20,000 bases of DNA from Trichoplax sp. H2. Its lineage: Eukaryota. The position numbers and the translations under genes are program-made. Of the stretch, positions 9,954 through 20,000 are shown one piece after another (within the stretch, counting starts at the first letter, position 1; every line of letters starts with the position of its first letter). The stretch spans positions 115,476-135,475 of the forward strand of contig NOWV01000200.1 in the NCBI GenBank assembly GCA_003344405.1, given 5' to 3'. The notes beneath the pieces are model-generated. The model was given only the letters and a program-made list of their open reading frames with translations, was not told where the DNA came from and did not search any database.

Positions 9954-12900
9954 CTATCAAAATTTCAATAAAATAGTTGTTATGTATGATAACTAATTTG
10001 ACTTCTCCCTAATTCTAAAGATTTCAATACTATACTAGGATGTTATGGCATGCATGCATAACGCTAACAGTAAAATATTAATATACCACAAGAAGTCCCG
10101 GAATAGTCCCTATCGAAGCCATTCTTACATATTACATCTACTTTACTTGCGGCAGTACCATGAAATAGACGTTTTTCAACGTCAGCACCTGGTTTGTATC
10201 TCTTAACTGCCGCGGTGACCTCGGCTTTCCTTGTTTGATATTTTCTGTATAAATTCCAATTTTGGATTCTTCGCAAATTACGAACAGTAAACCCTCTAAG
10301 TCCTAGAAGCTTAGATATTTCATCTATTTCTTGTTGATTTGTGACATTCACTATTTGAAAGTATCCGTCTTTGATTTCATGCTTATTTTGGTATTCCCAG
10401 TTTCTGGGTATCGGGATATCATGTCTTAACTTGCTTTCTACATGTTTAGAAATAAATTTCGTTTACAAAGGCTACATTACTCATTTGCAATAGCTGAACT
10501 ATTAATTATTAAATGACGCTTTTATCTATACATTGCTAATTAACGTTCTATCGAGTATCAATTGACTATACGTTTAATTACTAACAATATACACCGGTAA
10601 GCGCAATAATTAATATCAAGTATATCGATTTCTAAATTATGCTCTGTAATACCTTTAATAGATAATTTCTTAATCGGATATTCCATTCCATTAATATGAG
10701 TAACCTTCATGCTATCCAAATTTATCGTTTTGGTCTCAGAGTCGATTCGAAAAATGATTTTACTATTATCTTTTACGTAATTCTTATAATTTTTTTCTAT
10801 CTCATAGCTCAATTTTGGCTCAAATAGACGTCTAAATCGACCGACTTTTACACTCCATCTAGCGCTATCTGCAGTAAATACTTTGACTTCCTCTAGAGCT
10901 TTTTCTTGAAAGTATATTTTGCTTTGTTCGTGAATAGCCGAAATGGTATCAGCGATATCTTTCTCAAATCCATATATGCTTACAACTTTTCCTTGATTTT
11001 CATTTACAAGAATAGTGTTGTACTCTGACCAGTATTGTAAAACAAGTTGCTGCCAACGATTTTCATCAATATGACTAAAAAATTCTTTACTAGTCAGCTT
11101 ACGACATGTCCAAGTATGACTAGACTCTTCAATTTTTGATTTGACTCTCGTAATTGCCTCTTTACTTTGGGCAATATAAAATATATTTATACCCAATGCT
11201 CTTATCGATGAATCACAAGAGGTTTGCCAGTTAAACTGTACAGCCTTGCTTTTTAGTTTCCGTTGCATCCAACTTGCAATTTCTTCAGCTCGATCATCAT
11301 ATCCGATGACAAAATTAATGCAGTTTATACTCATATCTAAACTTTGATGTTCGGCTATGAATGTTTCGATGAAATCTATAAGGTTTTTAATATGACCAGA
11401 ATTCATTTCAATATTCAAGAGCGGAATATTGACAGATTTTTCGCCATTAGCATTCATATGAGTTAATATACTACTAAATCCAGCTAAACAACCGTAAAGG
11501 CAAACTTGATAGGTTTTACAATCCGATCCAGAAATAGGTAGAATTTGTAAAGTTTCCGATGTATGTTCTGTATCAGTAATTCGTAAGGTATCAGAAAGAG
11601 AATCCACCTTACTGTGCTTAGAGCACAAAGCCGTCATATCCATGATAGCATCCGCTTTCAAACCATTTAAATTGCCATGATAAACATTTATACAGATAGG
11701 TTTCTCATCAGTAAGGCATTGAGCAGAGAACAGCAGTCGATTCTTATCCTCAAAATCTGTTTTTTTGATTCCTATCGGTTTTATTATCTCCTCGATTTGT
11801 TCATTTTGATATAGCAATTCAGTCGCTAATGGCACACTAGACTTTAGCGCATTTTTGAAAGCTTTATGAATTTCAACATCGGTTGGATAAATAACAAAAT
11901 TGATTTTTCGTAAACTTCCTGTATTATGTACGGCAAATTCAATAGATACTCTCATCATTTCCTGTGCAACCTTGTTAGCGTTCAAGCCAGCTTGGCCTGT
12001 TCCAATGGCTGGTATGGCTATAGATTCCAGAGAATCATTGTTTATTTCCATTAGACAATCTCTAAGACGATTACTAAGCCACTAAAATGTTAATAGTTAC
12101 GAAATATAGACGTCACTACATGGCTATAATTGTAGCATTGAAGTAAGCAATTATTAAATTTAATTTAATTTTAGCTATGTAATACTTTATGAAATACATT
12201 CGATATCAATTCAATGCTATACTTACTAATAATGACCTGTCAGAGCTTAAGAACAGAATGTGATATACTGATTTACAACCAAAGTAATGGCCACTTGTGC
12301 AACCGATACTGTCAATTCCGAGATCTCCTAATTGATTACGGCATTCTTTTAGGTAGGAATTTCCTCCAATATTACTTAATGAGCTTGCAATTTTTCCATG
12401 ATCAAAGTTATCATGATCTACTGAATTAACAATTGCATCAACCTTGCACAGGAAAGCAAGAAGTGAATCATGATTAATTTATATAGCACCTAGAACACTT
12501 ATTCTTTAATACTATGCATACGTACACTTTTTCCTATTTTCTCAAGTTCCCCTTTTAATATTCTAATAGTAACATTATTGACTTTCAGTTCATAGTCGTT
12601 ATTTTGTATGGCAGGCATAGTAGGCGATTTTGTAGCTTCTGGCAGATTTACGCTCTCGGTCTCTAACTGAATGGGTTTATTAGGAACATTTTCGGATTTC
12701 TCTTTCTGTTGATAATTAAACTTCAGTTTGCCTTCATTCACTGAATAAACACTGTATTATGGATATTTGTGAAACAGCATCGTAATCAATATTACAGAAA
12801 ATAGCGCTCAAGTAATTTATTTATGTAGTTATGCCTAAGATATCATGTACCATTGGTGTTAATAATAAGGCATGATTGATGCAAAATGTATCCTCATTAA

Positions 12901-15900
12901 ATTATGATTTTATCCGCTTCTAAGCGTCAAATAATTTTTTATGCTTTCATTTCATTTAGTGACATTTGCTCAGCATAATTACTATTAAATAGTAAGCATC
13001 AAAGGAATCTCCCAGTTAGATCCTATTCTAACCATATATCGCTCACCTGTAAGATCCATTTCTGGTAATTATAAGAACACATGGCATTTCTGTTCGTAAC
13101 CCATCCAACTCGATGATGTTTTGACTAGAAGTTATAAATCTTCCAATTTTTGAGTATTGACTGATCCAATCTTCTCTCTCCGTGACAAATCCTCCGATCA
13201 TAGAATTTAATTTTTGACGAATTACAGTTTTATAGCACTCAGCACACTGAATGGTGATATTCTTTGTAATTTTACTACGACTAACAGTATTCACTAGTGC
13301 CTTTGCCATTTCAATATGACATTTATACTCATTTTCCAATTTCTGAATATTTTCTTTCCTATATATCTGTAGATATTCCAATATCGACGGAGGGGTAACT
13401 TTGAAACTTAGATTTACCAATCCGTAGTCTTTTACTAGCATGGAAAGGATTGGTAATGCATCGTGGGTGATCTTGCGAGGACCTGTTACCGTTATAGCAC
13501 TATTTTCTCTGCAAATGTCTGCTTTAACTTTAAAGTGAACCTTATCACGAAAGGCAAGGCCATCTCGAATTTTAGAAAGATACTCATCTTTATCATCTAA
13601 TAAGAGCAAGTTCTCGCTAGCAAAAGTTACAGAGCGAGTACAAAAGATTTCTTGTAAAATCTCGTTTGCTCTCTGATGGGTCTCAACATCTAAGGCAACA
13701 ATAGACGCATAGGTACTACCGCTCTTTTTGAATACTCCAGCATAAATATCATCATCTCGCAATTTCTGATTCATAAACTCTCTCATTTCAGTATACTGTG
13801 CAAAATAGTCACATAGTTGATCTGATAAGCTACCTCTTCCATCAACAACATTACTGAAATTACTCAAGGTGTAGTGAATAAAATATTGCGTTCCTCTAAT
13901 CATATACACGGTTAATTTACTTCCCCGATCACAGTTTGTAAACTTAAATGAAACTTTGTAACCTTTATCCCTGAGTTTTTGCTCTAGATTAACTTGTTGA
14001 ATAAGAAAGCAAACCTCCTGGGGTAGAATATTTTCTTTTTTAATCATATCTATATTCGATATATAGGCACAATTATAGAATTAGTGCATTCATGAACTAG
14101 ATTTAAACACAATTTTCTTATAGGCCAATTTTAACTAATCAGTACGAAATTTGTACTCTAATTCGAGAGATATTGTTCCTCAAATTAATTGTATGTTCAT
14201 TAGTTTCACCTTCATCATCTACGATATCCCCATACTTCATTCCATTAAATATATTGGTCTCTTTGATATTTTCTGCCATTCTATCAAATTTATGACTACT
14301 TCGATTTTCTGCCATTTCAGATTCCAGTAGATCATTTCCTCTTTGATTAGCAAACTTTAATTGATCGCTAGAAAGATCTGTTTCCTCGTGACTTAACATA
14401 TCATCCTGCTGCAATGATATAAAATCGCTGTTGCGTCGTTCCTTCTTCAAGATATTTCGAAGTCGGAAAACTTCATCATACAATGATTCAAATTGGGCAG
14501 AATGAAGAATTTTTAGATGAATTGGCTGATTGCTTAAAATTTCAAATTTGTCCAAGCATAATAAGGCAATAACAGCGTCTGATTGTCTAGGATAGACCAC
14601 ACGCCTAAAGAATGAAAGTAAAAATACGTTTAGTAGCTTTATTTGGCGCATAACTGCTCCGAATTCTATGCTCTATACTAAACGAATTCCATTCGATTGC
14701 ATAATCCTTTTGATTAATTGAAAATTAAGAATTGAACTATGCCTTTGTGATAAAATATTTCTTAAAATAAAATGAGAACTATAATTTTGGGGGGAAGTTC
14801 ACTTTGTTGCATATATTCGGTTCGTCTTATAACTACCAAGGACTATCTAGCTGCAAATCAGTCTATCTTTAGATTAACTTGAAACTATTTAAATTATTAT
14901 ATATCAGTATTAACGATTCATATACAATTCGTAACAGAGTGATTTTCCTTTAACAATCTTAGTATTAGATATATTTAGGGCTGAACCATAGCTTCGCAAG
15001 CGCGAAATACGCGTAGATGATGCATGGAAATCTAAAATTATGAACATTCCGATACTTGAAAATAGGATAATTTGTTTTATAGTCAATAGTATCATGATAT
15101 CCATTTATAATAGTAGTAGCTGTTATCTTACTATTCTGATGCTTAAAAATATGATAATTTGTTTTTTAAAGTCAACAGCGTCATGCTCCCCTCTTATAAT
15201 GTTAGCAGTCCTACTATTCTGATACTTGAAAAACGCGATAATTTTTTTTTGAAGTCGACAGTTCCACGCTTCTCACTTAAAATATTAGTGACCTTACTAT
15301 TCCGATATTTGAAATTGAGATAATTTGTTTTTAAAGTTAGCAGTATCACGCTACTCAACTATAATTGGAGTAGCCTTTCTATAGCAATATAGCAATTTAA
15401 TTTTCTATATTATACCGATAAAGCCAATTGGCATTTAGATCTATAGAACGAAATACAAGTAATAATGCATTCCTAGTATTCCATGTTAATAATGGTTCTT
15501 ACGCTTTATCAGACTCAATCATCTTCAAGCTAGTCACGATTCCAGCTTGACTCGCTAAATGGAAGAGCTCCATCTATAGAATTGATAAGTTTAAATCATA
15601 AATGATACCTATTAATATTTGCAAACTATGGATTTTAATATAGATATATAATTATTAATCGAATACCAATTATATAGACGCAGAAAACTGTTTACAAAGT
15701 ATTCCACTAACCTGGTGCATTGATTCGGGAACATTAGATATAATGACTTCAGCTGAAACCTTTAAAAACTGCGAATTGTCTATCATCTTGTTAATCATAA
15801 CCTTTCTAAGATATGGTACAAATTTAAGTAATTGCCTCAATTAAATATTGGCTATAACTTTAATTGCCGACTAATGCTGAAATTTCCTGCTATCACGTAT

Positions 15901-17805
15901 TCAATTTCGCTACCGTAAGAAGATAATTGAAATAGTTTGCAAGTTTATAAATAATAATCAGTTAAGGAACGTACTTTTCTTCAATGTCTTTATGGTAAAA
16001 GCAGCCATATTCGTTCCTATTCAAAGCGGTCATAAACTTTCGAACCCTCGCATTCAATTTTTTACGCTTTTTCTGTCCCATTTCTGCTGGCCAAAACATT
16101 CTTAATCCAAATCTACTATTTCCACATTTTACATTTTTCAGATGACACATCAACATAACGGCATCATCTTTCGAATCGACAGTCAATTCCCTAATTTCAG
16201 GTAATGAAAAATATTTAGAATGAATATAGGCGATTAGTATGCCATTCGTTAAGGCTTACTTTTATTTCTTTATCATTCTGCAATAGTTTAATATACCGGT
16301 ACTGTATTATTTAGGATATTTAGAATCGAGTACTGGAGTAAACACGAAGTTGATTTTAGAAATAAACCCAGATACTATAAGCTAAATAAAAATAGCGATC
16401 TATAATCGTATTCTTGAATAAACTAAAATGTTTTAACTACATGAAATTAAATTCCCTTTGATTAAATGTCTAAGTGCTCTCTTAGTATAAAATTCTGATG
16501 TAATTGAAAGCAATCATGCTTAATATTATGGCCATGTTGCTACAGAAATTAATTATCAACATTACTCACGCAAGATTCCAACTCTTTCTTTTATCACAAG
16601 TATATCTGGTTATAGTAATGCCAACATTATTGCAAAGATTACGGACCCTTTGCTTAAATTTCTACATAAATCCAATATGTAAAAAATAATAATGATACGT
16701 ATTTACATAGACCAGTTAATTTAATTTATAGCATAGAATCAGCATAAAATTGGTTTAAAGATCGAAATCTGCGATTTCAAAACAATAGCAGGTAGTGTAA
16801 AAATTTTACTCTGAAGTTACAATCTGTATTAATGGCTCTAGATGCTAAGTCTTATTGCCATAAATCTCCTTAATCATTTGTTAGTAGGTGTTGGGATCTA
16901 ATTAATATATTAATACTACGTTAAATTGTACATATGATACTATAGATATATATTAGAGCTGAAGATGTGGATGGAACCATTTTAAGTTATGAAACTGGCA
17001 AAGAACAACATACGAGTAGATTATTTTCGAATCCTTCTCGAGCCTGCTTTGATCTACTATTACGCATTATCGCTATAGGAACTACAAAAGTTACCGGACT
17101 ATAAAAGAAAATTATTAATAGTAATGTTAAGTGGTTCGCAATTGCTAAACTTAAGGCTACGTGACTGAAAGTTAGTCAGTTTCATAATTTGCAACTACTT
17201 TAAAATCATGCTGAATCCGTTTTGGAATCAAATCGCATTAACGAATATAAGTCTATGATGCAATAGAGTAAAACTTCTATTAAAAGGTATACATGTTGAT
17301 AACGTAGCAGTAGCAGTAGCTAACATCTGCTGATAATATTAAGGGCAAATCATATTATAGGCAGCTCAAATTAAAAGAATCTTCTGTAAATAATACGAAA
17401 GCTCCGAAGAGACCTATTTCTAGCAAAGATATAAAGTATCGGAATAGGAGAGATCACTTAATTGTCATAGGTTATTTTGATAGCAAAGGACGTTATGGTT
17501 TTCGAAAAGCGTATAATACTTACCTTGGTAACTCGCTGTTCTATTCCACAAGCATAGATTGTAGTTTCTTCTGAACTAAAATATAAATAAAAGTTCTAAT
17601 TTAGAATCCTTCTATATCGGATACCATTTCAAGTCATTTTCGCCCAGGCAAATTATTTTGTACGTCAAATCTTTAAATACTTCTAGTCGTTAATGTAAAC
17701 TATTTCGATAATACTTCAGGAAACAAGCAATTAATCTCTTTCACAGTCTCCCTTGCTGCTGACGTACGATATTTTGTTGTAAGTATCATCTATTGATGAC
17801 ATCAT
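9679..17805 (-). CDS. PARP14: Gene B: PARP14/PARP15-like mono-ADP-ribosyltransferase (RRM x2, KH-like, Macro, degenerate Macro, KH-like, WWE, PARP), about 1485 aa; exons 17805-17768, 17575-17524, 16661-16570, 16190-15975, 15805-15712, 15573-15503, 14604-14210, 14049-13047, 12751-12526, 12442-12227, 12081-10653, 10437-10087, 9953-9679
   Basis: All 12 introns are GT-AG with compatible phases, total 4458 nt with no internal stop. Motifs RIQN..LY..Y, LFHGT, GSYFG, VRVLTG and AYPEYII define the PARP domain; IAIPAIGTGQAG defines the macrodomain. The symbol indicates family resemblance, not proven orthology. The 5' exons are less certain. Confidence 0.9.
10087..10437 (-). CDS. Gene B exon: N-terminal part of the PARP catalytic domain
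   Basis: catgtag|AA ... TGTG|gtatat, phase 1 at both ends. Translates as IPRNWE...LRRIQNWNLYRKY...EKRLFHGTAASKVDVICKNGFDRDYSG. Confidence 0.95.
10653..12081 (-). CDS. Gene B exon: macrodomain C-half, degenerate second macro-like domain, KH-like segment and WWE domain
   Basis: ttttag|TGG ... AAAG|gtatta. Contains ESIAIPAIGTGQAG, LRKINFVIY, VYHGNLNGLKADAIMD, and WWE-like ARWSVKVG..LFEPKLSYEIEKNY...INLDSMKV...YPIKK. Confidence 0.93.
12227..12442 (-). CDS. Gene B exon: macrodomain core (72 codons; absent from the ORF track)
   Basis: tgcaag|GTT ... TTA|gtaagt. Translates as VDAIVNSVDHDNFDHGKIASSLSNIGGNSYLKECRNQLGDLGIDSIGCTSGHYFGCKSVYHILFLSSDRSLL. Confidence 0.93.
12526..12751 (-). CDS. Gene B exon: linker and macrodomain start
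   Basis: aatacag|T ... AGT|gtacgt, phase 2 in and phase 0 out. Ends VNNVTIRILKGELEKIGKS. Confidence 0.85.
13047..14049 (-). CDS. Gene B exon: KH-like region
   Basis: 334 aa ORF bounded by aatatag|AT and CAG|gtgagc. Contains ITVTGP and IQKLENEYKCHI segments typical of degenerate KH repeats of PARP14-type proteins, and is homologous to the gene A large exon. Confidence 0.88.
14210..14604 (-). CDS. Gene B exon: end of second RRM-like domain and acidic linker
   Basis: ttctttag|G CGT, then RVVYPRQSDAVIALLCLDKFEILSNQPIHLK. Donor AAG|gtgaaa was chosen as the phase-1-compatible site, so the 3' boundary is less certain. Confidence 0.75.
15046..15380. repeat. Intronic minisatellite, 4 x ~84 bp degenerate units
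   Basis: Units start attc[ct]gat at 15046, 15133, 15216 and 15299 (periods 87, 83, 83). Each contains gataattt.tttt...agt and similarity runs through the whole unit. Confidence 0.92.
15503..15573 (-). CDS. Gene B exon: second RRM helix1-strand2
   Basis: ctatag|ATG ... GC|gtaaga. Translates as MELFHLASQAGIVTSLKMIESDKA. Confidence 0.82.
15712..15805 (-). CDS. Gene B exon: second RRM strand 1 (RNP2-like VIISNVP)
   Basis: tcttag|A ... CAG|gttagt. Translates as KVMINKMIDNSQFLKVSAEVIISNVPESMHQ. Confidence 0.8.
15975..16190 (-). CDS. Gene B exon: C-half of first RRM-like domain and basic linker
   Basis: aattag|G ... AA|gtacgt, phase 2 at both ends. Translates as ELTVDSKDDAVMLMCHLKNVKCGNSRFGLRMF...QKKRKKLNARVRK. 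Confidence 0.82.
16570..16661 (-). CDS. Gene B exon: first RRM helix1-strand2
   Basis: ttatgtag|AAA ... GC|gtgagt. Translates as KFKQRVRNLCNNVGITITRYTCDKRKSWNLA. Confidence 0.75.
17524..17575 (-). CDS. Gene B probable exon 2: first RRM strand 1 (TIYACGI)
   Basis: ttttag|T ... AAG|gtaagt. Translates as SEETTIYACGIEQRVTK, phase 2 in and phase 0 out. Confidence 0.65.
17768..17805 (-). CDS. Gene B probable first coding exon (MMSSIDDTYNKIS)
   Basis: ATG ATG at 17805/17802 and donor TC|gtacgt, phase 2, compatible with the next exon. Confidence 0.5.
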
Positions 17806-19302
17806 CCACAGTAGAACTATTTCGTGTTATATCATAAAAATTTATATCGACAGTATTTACGAACCCTTCACAAAAACAAAGGCGTATGATATAATAACAA
17901 TTCCAAATTAATTCTGAAACAGATTCACAACTAGCAAAACATGGCAGCTTACAAGGTATAGTTAAATTAAAAGCAAGATATTTGCTAAGATAGTGAATAA
18001 ATTTTTAATCATTTCTATCTTTGTAATTAGCTATAGCAATTTATAACAGCCTTACCCAAATGAAACCATGTTGAATGGAGGATTTGTAAAAGTTAAATTT
18101 AAAATTTACTACGTTATAATTTTTATTTTATGACATAGCTGATGACCCAAGTCAATCACTATCTACTCAACAAACACTTTGATGCAATGCAATTTAATAT
18201 TTAAGGTGGCTTAAAGCAACCACTCCACTGTTTTACAATGCACTTTATCGCACCTGTTTACTGACTAAAATAAGTTAAAAGATAGGATATTCTAGAAGGA
18301 AACGAAGAATCTATCTATTCGATGGAAAGAACCATTGAATAGAGGTAAGCTCTTTTTTCTATTAGGTCGAGAATAACCAGTGCGAAATAATAAAGAAATT
18401 TTTAAAAATTACTACTTCTCCGAATATGACGAAATATAATTCTGAGTATGGCTTAGCCACGCCTCATCTTTCCATCATTAGAATTTAGCATGATAGCAAT
18501 TCAGTAATTAAAATAATAATAAAATAATGGATCAGTAGCCTGCTAGCTCCTATTATAATTCACGAAAGTAAAAGACAATGATTAAGGAATTGAAATAAAA
18601 CTTTTGAGCTCTATAGACACCTATTGTCTTATTTTAATTTATTTTCTATTCAAGTTTTTTTAAGTTTTCTTTGCATCATTCCGCTCTGGTTTATAGTTAA
18701 AATGCATGAGACGTTAAGTAAATGCCCAGTGTCATCGCTATATAGTCTTCTTGCTGCCATAATATCTTAATAATTACGTCTTACTAAAGAAGTAAGTAAA
18801 CATTATCGGAATAACCGTAACCAATAAATAAACTTGTAGTGTTGCATTTATATTTAATTATAAGAATAGCTATATTTGATATAGCTAGGCTACTCTGAAT
18901 AGATATTATCTTGAAGCTAATAATATTAGATGATTGCTAACTACTATATTAGAAATCGGTGATGATTAATACTAGCCAGTTGACTACTTATAGTACAAGA
19001 TTTATTTCGCTAGAAACACCGTATTTGTTGAGATGCTCTTCGGAGAAAGTGGCTAGACGTTAATAGAAGAGTAGTGACATCTTAAGTAGAATGATTTAAA
19101 TTATAGAAGATAATGGTGTACTATTTCAGAAAAGTATTTTGTTTGATGACTCATGTCTGATTGTAGATTAATCAAGTTGTTATAAATGGATTTAACGAAA
19201 TGTATATTAGAACTGCAGACATGAGCTCACGGGAGACAAGAGACTTCACTTCGCTTTGAACTCGGAATACTTTAGATTTTAGACTAGTGTAATGAAATGA
19301 AA

Positions 19303-19982
19303 AGTGTAGAGATCAAGCTACAAAACTTTAACAAACTTTAATTCTACTTTCGTTGCACTCCGGTCGACTTAGCGAAACTTTGACACCAAATAAAATTTGG
19401 GGAAATAATCGAACGACAATTTATTTCAAAACAAAATGGACAGAAGTATAAACCGAATAACCTTACAAATACTTAGCTTTAAGTATTAATAAAATAAGTG
19501 ACAGACTTAAAAACTGTCAACGACCAAACAACCTTTCAAAAAGAAGAACGTTTTAACTTACGACAATTCGACCCGAAGGCCTTTTAAATTCAACAAGTTC
19601 TTCAAATAAAATCTTCTTCTCCTCTCTCTAAATTTTCTAATTGCACTATCATTTATAGGCTTCTTAGAGCCGTCAGAGGTATTTAAAACTAAACAATTGC
19701 TAACCAATCGCTCTCAAGATCCGTTTTAGAAAACTACTTTGCACCATTTAAGAAAACAAAAATCATTCAAAGTTCAGACACAATTTACCCTATGATTCCC
19801 TTACAAAGCACTATAAAACTAACAAGCTAACTATAAAAATACATCAAACTTCATTTCTAACATAATTTCTATCATTAATACACTATAAAAGTCTAAAAAT
19901 CAACCTTTAAACATCAAGATTTAGTCATAAAAACAACATTCTAACTACCTAACAATCAACACAACCTCTGCCAATTTCCATC
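19303..19982 (-). repeat. ~680 bp dispersed direct repeat, copy 2 (putative promoter/5'UTR-exon cassette upstream of gene B)
   Basis: Colinear with 6700-7390 at an offset of about 12.6 kb. Similarity ends at ccatc (19982). Confidence 0.95.
19560..19710 (-). promoter_or_regulatory. Putative Pol II promoter and non-coding first exon of gene B
   Basis: AACCAATCG (CCAAT at 19704-19708), minus-strand TATAAAT at 19657-19651, and donor GTAAGT starting at 19561. Confidence 0.55.
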
Positions 19983-20000
19983 TTATTTTCTATTTTCCTC

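Noticed and set aside
11900..12429. Plus-strand ORFs 11900-12085 and 12214-12429
   Set aside because: They are antisense to the macrodomain exons of gene B.
15046..15380. CRISPR-like array
   Set aside because: The units are similar along their whole length with no unique spacers, no cas genes are present, and the context is a eukaryotic intron.
14910..16689. ORFs 14910-15104, 15040-15222 and 16504-16689
   Set aside because: They are intronic or minisatellite-derived, or antisense to exon 16570-16661.
6700..19982. The two direct repeats as LTRs of a retroelement carrying gene B
   Set aside because: No gag/pol, no clean shared TG...CA termini, and no evident TSD, PBS or PPT. The enclosed gene is intron-rich. 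A solo-element origin cannot be fully excluded without a genome-wide search.

Overview
AT-rich eukaryotic genomic DNA with short GT-AG introns, consistent with a compact invertebrate genome (lineage is inference only). The window holds two tandem, minus-strand, intron-containing paralogs of the macro-PARP (PARP14/15/9) family. Gene B (9679-17805) could be spliced by hand into a phase-consistent 13-exon CDS of about 1485 aa: two RRM-like domains, KH-like region, macrodomain, degenerate second macro-like domain, degenerate WWE and an H-Y-L type PARP catalytic domain. Gene A (<1-4988) runs off the left edge and shares four intron positions with B around the macrodomain. Its RRM N-terminus appears replaced by an MGNVLCC acylation-type N-terminus and a long disordered, internally repeated tract. 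Each gene is preceded, 1.5-1.7 kb upstream of its ATG, by a copy of the same ~690 bp non-coding cassette (CCAAT, TATA, splice donor). The two cassette copies are much more similar to each other than the two coding regions are. Several small tandem repeats lie in introns and intergenic DNA. No RNA genes, CRISPR arrays or autonomous mobile elements were seen.
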